14,609 nucleotides of DNA from Candidatus Hodarchaeota archaeon. GTDB taxonomy: Archaea > Asgardarchaeota > Heimdallarchaeia > Hodarchaeales > Hodarchaeaceae. Below, piece after piece: positions 8,326 to 14,609 of the stretch. Both the position numbers and the translations under genes were made by a program. The notes under the pieces are model-generated. The model had not been told where the DNA came from and searched no databases. It saw only the letters and a list, made by a program, of their open reading frames with translations. The stretch is from the NCBI GenBank assembly GCA_016840035.1, contig JAEOTC010000211.1, forward strand, positions 1 through 14,609, given 5' to 3'. The stretch's first letter is position 1. Every line of letters begins with the position of its first letter.

Positions 8326-8620
8326 CAGGAGACACCAATATTTACATTACGGGATATGGAATTTAGTTTCGAAGAGAAACCATAGAAAAAATTTCGTCTT
8401 AGAAACTTATAGAGTTGTTGTTGCATATCTAAAAGAGATTCCCAATTATTCTGATTAGTAAGGAAAACGATCCATCCTTTATAACAACTCCATTCGCACA
8501 TATTCAAAAGATATTTTTAAGCTTCTCATTCATGAGCAATGATTGATCCGAGGGATTAGACGTAGAGCTTCTAATATCGAAAAACCAGATTTATGTATCA
8601 GATGAGAGATTTCGAATCTT

Positions 8621-9450
8621 ATGAGGAAATTCACTGGTAACTGGTACCTGATTCTAATCTTACTAATTTTCATTACCAGTGTTTCTTCCATATCACAAGG
8701 TAATGTCGATTTGACTCTTACTGAAGGTTCTAGGTTTGATTATGCAGTATTATGTACAGATTACTGTGGATCGAAAGTGTGGGATGCTACTAATTTAGAT
8801 GCAGATTTATATTTTTATATTGAGAGTATTGATGAATCAAATGATCTTCTATCCGTTTATACTAGGTATAACAGCACACCAGCCCTTGAGAAACCTGACA
8901 GTTTAGATTATGGCATCTTTACTTTAAATGAATCATATAGGTTTTCCTCAAGAGAAAGTATTACAGAAGATGGAAAATATTTATGGCAATGGAGTAGGTT
9001 AGAACCTTCTTTCAGAATCTCCATCCCTTCATTTTTTATTGCCCATGCACATGCAGAATTCAAAAATAATAGTTTCCTCCTAAATAGAGTATCAGAATTA
9101 GAAGAGATTGAACTATCTGAAAAAGAGACCTTTTGTCATATAAATATGAAGGAAAATGGGTTTACGAGTATAATACTAGTTATGTATCACATACCGATGT
9201 CGCAACGTTAATAGCTAATTATGATTCCACTTCAGGTATCCTCTTAGGTCTAGAAATTGATATGGTATCGATACAAGTTACCCTAGGTCCTCTTTCTGAA
9301 GAAATTGCCGTGGATTCAGTAGGATCGTTCAAAATTAAGTTAATTCTTCCTTCAAACCATGAAACAAATGCATCCTCTCTTGGTTTCGCTGTTTCTACCG
9401 TCTTTTTGACGGTTATATTATTAAGGAAGTACCGTAGAGAACATTTGTAA
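8621..9450 (+). pseudogene. Secreted, C-terminally anchored hypothetical protein split by a 1-nt frameshift (about 276 aa if joined)
   Basis: ORF 8621-9211 has an N-terminal signal peptide. ORF 9133-9450 (-1 frame, open only after TGA at 9118-9120) ends in GF + hydrophobic segment + RKYRR. An A5 run (9120-9124) and a T4 run (9131-9134) lie at the junction. Confidence 0.7.
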
Positions 9451-9501
9451 AACGAGAATCAGAAAAGGAAGAAATAAATTCCATCCTGTTGATCATTCAA
9501 T

Positions 9502-10650
9502 ATGCCTCTACGAGACACACTAAAAGGAATCACAGTATTAGATCTTACTACCAACCTTCCCGGACCGTTAGCTACTCAGATGCTGGGAGATTTTGGTGCT
9601 AATGTTATTAAAATTGAATCTTTAATAGGAGATCCAGTTCGATATTATCCTCCTTTTATAGACCAAGAATCACAACTTAATTTATTACTTAATCGAAATA
9701 AACGATCAATAGCAATAGATCTGAAACAAAGAGCGGGGTTAGATATTTTCAACAAGCTAGTAAAAACCACTGATATTGTTATAGTTGGATTCAGACCCTC
9801 TACAGTTAAAAAATTAAAAATAGACTTTGAAACTCTTTGTGAAATCAATCCAAGCATAATTTATGTCCAATTGACGGGTTATGGTTCCAAAGATAATAGG
9901 GTAGGGCATGATCTAAATTACATCGGTGAAGCGGGGATATTGAATCTTACTGGACCAGAAGAACACCCAATTGTCCCTGGAGTTCCCATTGCGGATATTG
10001 GTGGGGGCAGCTTGCCTACAGTAATTACCGTTTTGGGTGCACTTCTTAAACGAACAGAGAAAGCTCAATATTTTGATATCTCGATGGTAGACCATCTATT
10101 TCCATGGTTATCTGTTGTCGCGGCAGAATACTTAGCAGGTTTGGGTGAACCTCAAAGAACATTGCACGCTCTTTCAGGATATATTCCATGGTACAGAATC
10201 TATGAAACCAAGGACAAAAAATTCGTCTCCTTCGCTCCACTTGAAGCAAAATTCTGGGAAAACTTCTGTCAAGCTATCGGACGTGATGATCTAATAGACA
10301 AGCAATACAATTTAGAGCTCTGTGATGAAATTCTTCCAAAAATCTTTCTCTCGCGTTCAACGGATGAATGGGAAGAAATTTTTGTTCAATTTGAAATTCC
10401 TGGTGGACTAATTCTTACATTAGAAGAATCATTTAAGAAACAGGGAATTATTAATAAACTAGAACATCATGAATTAGGTGAGGTAAATCTAATCTCTTCT
10501 CCTTATCTAAATCGAGATTCATCACCAATTTATGAATTTCCTCCAATATTGGGCCAACATACTGAAGAAATTTTAACAGAACTTGGGATGGTTACACAAA
10601 TTGAACAGCTCAGAAAAGATAAAGTTATTCTCACACCTGATCCAGATTAG
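9502..10650 (+). CDS. CoA-transferase family III (CaiB/BaiF), alpha-methylacyl-CoA racemase-like
   Basis: LDLTTNLPGP...LGDFGANVIKIE, NRNKRS, GFRP, GHDLNY, ADIGGG, C-terminal PPILGQHTEEIL. Confidence 0.92.
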   Translation: MPLRDTLKGITVLDLTTNLPGPLATQMLGDFGANVIKIESLIGDPVRYYPPFIDQESQLNLLLNRNKRSIAIDLKQRAGLDIFNKLVKTTDIVIVGFRPSTVKKLKIDFETLCEINPSIIYVQLTGYGSKDNRVGHDLNYIGEAGILNLTGPEEHPIVPGVPIADIGGGSLPTVITVLGALLKRTEKAQYFDISMVDHLFPWLSVVAAEYLAGLGEPQRTLHALSGYIPWYRIYETKDKKFVSFAPLEAKFWENFCQAIGRDDLIDKQYNLELCDEILPKIFLSRSTDEWEEIFVQFEIPGGLILTLEESFKKQGIINKLEHHELGEVNLISSPYLNRDSSPIYEFPPILGQHTEEILTELGMVTQIEQLRKDKVILTPDPD

Positions 10651-10680
10651 AATCTTACTTCTTAACCTTTATAGACAGGA

Positions 10681-10732
10681 TATTGGTAACCTAATCGCTT
10701 TGACCATCCAATAGGCACTTTTTTTGATTTTT
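10681..10732 (+). terminator. Possible terminator of the CoA-transferase gene
   Basis: TATTGG/CCAATA inverted repeat (10681-10686/10708-10713) followed by T7 (10719-10725) and a further T run. Confidence 0.35.
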
Positions 10733-10828
10733 AGTTTCTTACTATCCATTCTGGATATTATGAAGATTTTTTTCTAATATATCTCCTTTTCAGTCCAAAA
10801 AACGATGAAATAACCCGTTTCTCAAGAA

Positions 10829-10904
10829 TGCGCAACGTTGCGTAATGTTTATAAGGTATGATCAAAATGATATTATACGAAATTATATGAAGGATAATAT
10901 CCTT
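10829..10904 (+). promoter_or_regulatory. TATA-like promoter flanked by two palindromic operator candidates upstream of the vWA gene
   Basis: CGCAACGTTGCG (10831-10842, perfect 12-mer), TTTATAA (10848-10854), AAGGATA-A-TATCCTT (10890-10904). Confidence 0.6.
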
Positions 10905-10949
10905 AAAAAGAAGTATTAGTTTAATAAATAGAATAAGAAGGGAAAATTA

Positions 10950-13103
10950 TTGGTAAAACTGAATATAAAAACGTATTTTAGTTTAATACTCATCATGGTG
11001 AGTATTCTTACTTATATAAATATTAATCAATCCAGTAGTTTTGTTACTATTGAAAGTGCTAGTGCAATGCCAATGGAAACGTCAATTCAGTCGGAAGATC
11101 TCGTAATTGACATATCTAGAAATTCTACTGCCATTGGACCAAACTCTGTAATTGAGTTCTCTGTTGAGCTTACAAATAGCTTATCTGAATCGCTCTATGA
11201 TATCTCTGCGAATGTAACTGACATTTCAGATGGTTTAAATCTTATACCTGACATAGAACCCCTATTTGAAGTGTCATCTCTAGATCCTGACACCTCAGCT
11301 GACTTTCAATTTGTAGCGAAATACCTAGGGAACACATCTTCCTCAACAGTTGACGTTGTATTAATGATTGACGCAAGTGGGAGTATGCAAGAAGAAATAG
11401 ATGCTGTTAAAGCAGAATTAAATGACTTAATTGCCAATCTTACCAGTAGTATACCTGATCTTAGGATGGGTGTGATTGTATTTGGTTGGATGGAATATGA
11501 CGAATATCCAACAGTAGACCCCCGAAATTACGTTGAATTAACAAACGACTATGAGAGTGTTAAGAGCTTAATTAACTCCTTAAACGCTCGTGGAGGGATA
11601 GAACCATGGGGTGATGCCTTGTATCTTGCAAACAGCTGGAATTGGCGTGAAGAAGCTGCAAAGCTAATTGTATTAGTAGGTGATGAGGATTGTGACCCTG
11701 GAATCTACGTTGGAACTGAAATGCTTGAGTCTGATCCCAATGGGTATTATAATGGTTCTGATCTGTTGAATATTGTTACAACTCTTCAGAGTAAGGAGGT
11801 TATTATCAGTACAGTCATTTGTGGAGGCGCAACAGAATTAACGGTAGGACAATTCGAATGGATTGCAGAACACACCGAGGGTACTTCTGTATATTTACCA
11901 GATTTAGAACTAGAAGGAATAAGTTTACCAAGGATTATCGAAGAATGGACCCTTGAACTTGGCCGAGAGTTATACCTATCATTTAACCTAACTGCTTATT
12001 GGAGAGATGATGGAAATAATGAGTTTTTCAATTCTAAGGTTGAGTCTTTTTGGTTAGACTTTGCACCTCCTTCAGTAATCATCTCTAAAACCATCACACC
12101 CACTGGTATTGACGTTTTCTCTCTAGATTTTTACATTACAGTCGAAGATATCTCTCCGATCGGTTCGGTTACCTTCTTTCACGATTCACATGGGACGATT
12201 AAATCTGAAGTTCTTACTCCTATCGTAAATACATCTATTTATTTCTTCACACTTCAAGATCTCTCTGGAGGGTTAAATGTATCATATTTTGTGAAGAGCT
12301 CAGATGTTCTTAGAAATTCCGCATTTACACCCATTTTTTGGACTATCGTGGAACCAAAAGTTGATAGTTTCGGAGAAGAAGTGACTTTTGTCGTTGAGAT
12401 AAATAAAACCTTATTTTCAAACATAAAAATCGAATACGGAGGTTTATATCACTTTATACTATCTGGGGTTTCAAGCTTAGACCAGATAGAAATGCAACTG
12501 AATGCACGCGCTACTAATAACACCGTAAACCCAACTCAAACTAAATATATGGAAATTAGCACTTCACTTGATCATAAAATTTTCCTGTTCGATTTAGCAG
12601 CTGATACTTATGCAATCACTTTAAATATTCCATCATTATTAGCAAATAAATCTCTCTCGTATGTTTGGTTAAATCTGATACAACCAAGTGGAACTAGATT
12701 TTCTGGTACCATGAATGACCTCATTCGCGTTTATGGATTGGAATGGTCTGCTGCAAATGGGACATATTTGAGTTTTGATAATCCACCAAGCTCTCCTCTA
12801 GTCCTAAGAGCAGAAGTGTATAATAGCGAATGGGAGCTCGTTTCCATATTTAATGTTGGAGGAAGTCATCAAATCAATGGAACTGGAACCTACTATGTTT
12901 TAATCTGGGCAACATTACGTCAAGGAGATTTTATTGTTCAACTAACCGAGGAAACACCCTTTACAACGGACGATCCATATTATACCTACACCAATCCTCC
13001 CAACGCTACTGGAGCAGGGTTTACAGAAGCATTTGCCATATTATTTTCTACTTTGATAACACTTAGTATTCTAACGAGAAAAAAACGGAAAAATCGGGAA
13101 TAA
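10950..13103 (+). CDS. Cell-surface vWA (MIDAS) protein with Ig-like/beta-sandwich stalk and C-terminal membrane anchor
   Basis: N-terminal signal peptide; DVVLMIDASGSM, GGIEPWGDAL, WREEAAKLIVLVGDE; beta-rich C-terminal modules; ends AGF + TM + RKKRKNRE. TTG start. Confidence 0.9.
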   Translation: MVKLNIKTYFSLILIMVSILTYININQSSSFVTIESASAMPMETSIQSEDLVIDISRNSTAIGPNSVIEFSVELTNSLSESLYDISANVTDISDGLNLIPDIEPLFEVSSLDPDTSADFQFVAKYLGNTSSSTVDVVLMIDASGSMQEEIDAVKAELNDLIANLTSSIPDLRMGVIVFGWMEYDEYPTVDPRNYVELTNDYESVKSLINSLNARGGIEPWGDALYLANSWNWREEAAKLIVLVGDEDCDPGIYVGTEMLESDPNGYYNGSDLLNIVTTLQSKEVIISTVICGGATELTVGQFEWIAEHTEGTSVYLPDLELEGISLPRIIEEWTLELGRELYLSFNLTAYWRDDGNNEFFNSKVESFWLDFAPPSVIISKTITPTGIDVFSLDFYITVEDISPIGSVTFFHDSHGTIKSEVLTPIVNTSIYFFTLQDLSGGLNVSYFVKSSDVLRNSAFTPIFWTIVEPKVDSFGEEVTFVVEINKTLFSNIKIEYGGLYHFILSGVSSLDQIEMQLNARATNNTVNPTQTKYMEISTSLDHKIFLFDLAADTYAITLNIPSLLANKSLSYVWLNLIQPSGTRFSGTMNDLIRVYGLEWSAANGTYLSFDNPPSSPLVLRAEVYNSEWELVSIFNVGGSHQINGTGTYYVLIWATLRQGDFIVQLTEETPFTTDDPYYTYTNPPNATGAGFTEAFAILFSTLITLSILTRKKRKNRE

Positions 13104-13148
13104 CACGTTTTAAACAAGAAGCTGTTGAATCTGGTCAGAGGAATCAAT

Positions 13149-14609
13149 ATGAAAAACAAATTATTTACCATTGTTCTTGCAACTATTATTATCAGTCTTA
13201 GCATACATATTTTAAATTTCAATGATGGGATTGAGCAAGAAAGGGCCATCAATCATGAAAGCCTAGCAGAAAAGGTAATACAGGACGATTTTATATCTCA
13301 GATTTTCACTGGACACAGTTCAGAAGTGTGGGATGTAAAATTCTCCCCGGATGGCAAATTATTAGCCTCGGCTTCCTCTGATAATACAATTTTAATCTGG
13401 AATGTTAGCACAGGTGCAATTTATCGCAATCTTACAGGCCATCTTGATTCCGTCTATTCTTTATCGTTTCACCCCTATGATTCAGTACTGGCCTCAGGAT
13501 CTTTTGATCAGACAATAATTATGTGGAATCTTACTACTGGGGAGAAAATGTATAATCTGACTGGACACACAGCTTCTATTTGGTCACTAGAGTTTAGCCA
13601 AGATGGAACTTTTCTGGCATCAGGTTCTGGAGATTCAACTGTGCGAATTTGGGATTACAATACATCAAACTCAGTTTTAAATCTCACAGGACATACAGAA
13701 GCAGTTAGATCGCTTCATTTTCTTCCTTCAGGAATATTAGCATCTGGTTCATATGATGATAGTATTTTACTATGGAACATAACATCTGGTACCCTAGAAA
13801 CAATTCTTTCTAATAATACTGATAATATCCTTACTCTTACTGCTGATCCCTCTGGGATTATATTAGTATCAGGATCACAAGACAATTTGCTTGAATTTTG
13901 GGACTTATCGCAATATGGATTTAGAACTAGAAATCCGATTTCAACGAGTGATTGGATTCGTGCAGTAGCTTATAGTCCCAATAGTTACTTTCTTGCCTCA
14001 GGATTACAAGATGCAAACATTGACATTTGGCATGGAATATCTGGTTATCATATCAAAACTCTTACAGGGCATACCCAATCTATTCGTGGCTTGGATTTTC
14101 ATCCCACAGAACCAGTACTTGCTTCTGCTTCAGGAGATAGAAGTATAAGGCTTTGGAATGTAACTGATTTAGATAATGATCAAATTCCTGATTATTGGGA
14201 AATTGAGAACGGATTAAGCCCCCAAGATGAGAATGACGGAACTAGTGATCCAGATGGGGATGGTTTAACAAATTTTAATGAATTTAAGTTTGGAACAGAT
14301 CCACGAGTATTCGATACAGACCTAGATCAAATATCTGATTATTACGAATTCATTTATGGTATGAATGGTAACCTTAACGATGCAGATGGAGATATTGATG
14401 AGGATGGGATGCCAAATCTCTATGAATATCTCAATAATTTGAATTCTGCATTAAATGATACAGCTCTAGATTCAGATTCTGATGGAATGCCTAACTTGTT
14501 TGAGTATGAAAATGGTCTTCAGGCTGGAAAGGACGATGCGAATGATGATTTAGACAATGATGGGATGTCTAATATTTTTGAGTATCGATTTAATTTTATT
14601 ATTGGGATT
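13149..14609 (+). CDS. Secreted 7-repeat WD40 beta-propeller protein followed by TSP3-like DxDxDG Ca-binding repeats; 3'-partial
   Basis: Hand translation from ATG 13149: MKNKLFTIVLATIIISLSIHIL (signal/anchor), seven WD40 units (e.g. GHSSEVWDVKFSPDGKLLASASSDNTILIWN), then DLDNDQIPDYWE, DPDGDGLTNFNE, etc. Open to the window end. Confidence 0.92.
   Translation, partial: MKNKLFTIVLATIIISLSIHILNFNDGIEQERAINHESLAEKVIQDDFISQIFTGHSSEVWDVKFSPDGKLLASASSDNTILIWNVSTGAIYRNLTGHLDSVYSLSFHPYDSVLASGSFDQTIIMWNLTTGEKMYNLTGHTASIWSLEFSQDGTFLASGSGDSTVRIWDYNTSNSVLNLTGHTEAVRSLHFLPSGILASGSYDDSILLWNITSGTLETILSNNTDNILTLTADPSGIILVSGSQDNLLEFWDLSQYGFRTRNPISTSDWIRAVAYSPNSYFLASGLQDANIDIWHGISGYHIKTLTGHTQSIRGLDFHPTEPVLASASGDRSIRLWNVTDLDNDQIPDYWEIENGLSPQDENDGTSDPDGDGLTNFNEFKFGTDPRVFDTDLDQISDYYEFIYGMNGNLNDADGDIDEDGMPNLYEYLNNLNSALNDTALDSDSDGMPNLFEYENGLQAGKDDANDDLDNDGMSNIFEYRFNFIIGI
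13311..14159 (+). repeat. Seven WD40 repeats (coding)
   Basis: GH...LASxSxD.TI.IW[N/D] units of about 42 aa; blades 5 and 6 lack the GH dipeptide. Confidence 0.88.
14166..14609 (+). repeat. At least six acidic DxDxD[GQ]xx[DN]xxE repeats (bacterial TSP3-like, coding)
   Basis: DLDNDQIPDYWE, DPDGDGLTNFNE, DTDLDQISDYYE, DIDEDGMPNLYE, DSDSDGMPNLFE, DLDNDGMSNIFE. Confidence 0.85.

Noticed and set aside
8356-8490. Hairpins upstream of proS (GTTTC/GAAAC at 8366-8380; GAGTTGTT/AACAACTC at 8412-8490) as a T-box or other leader RNA
   Set aside because: No T-box consensus, short AT-rich stems, and the G-U extensions favour the non-proS strand.
8325-8507. 60-aa minus ORF whose TGA overlaps the proS ATG (possible leader peptide)
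   Set aside because: TTG start, no Pro codons that would suit attenuation, and no motifs. The TGATG overlap alone is weak evidence.
9645-10249. Minus ORFs 9645-9857, 9913-10095 and 10046-10249
   Set aside because: Antisense shadows of the CoA-transferase gene.
12986-13252. 88-aa minus ORF
   Set aside because: Antisense to the vWA anchor and the WD40 signal peptide; its hydrophobicity is explained by AT-rich antisense coding.

Overview
AT-rich, gene-dense chromosomal window, most likely from an archaeon and probably Asgard/Heimdallarchaeia-like. This taxonomy is an inference from the archaeal/eukaryotic-type ProRS, TATA-like promoters, xGF-TM-basic C-terminal anchors and N-x-S/T-rich exported domains. 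Gene order: partial FtsX/MacB-type ABC permease and its ATPase (-); isocitrate/isopropylmalate-family dehydrogenase (+); class II (bacterial/eukaryote-type) tRNA nucleotidyltransferase (-); class III sirtuin (+); a structured 251-bp convergent intergenic region; ADP-ribose Nudix hydrolase and ProRS (-); a frameshifted surface-protein gene, an AMACR-like CoA-transferase III protein, a membrane-anchored vWA protein and a partial secreted 7-blade WD40 protein with acidic Ca-binding repeats (+). The two edge genes are missing from the supplied ORF track and were translated by hand. The most striking candidate is the vWA + WD40 pair: an integrin-beta-like vWA domain apparently inserted in an Ig-like fold, next to a secreted 7-bladed propeller, behind a promoter with two palindromes. 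Also notable are the class II CCA enzyme in an archaeal context and a candidate small RNA/RNA switch at about 5978-6126. No mobile element, CRISPR array, rRNA or tRNA was seen.
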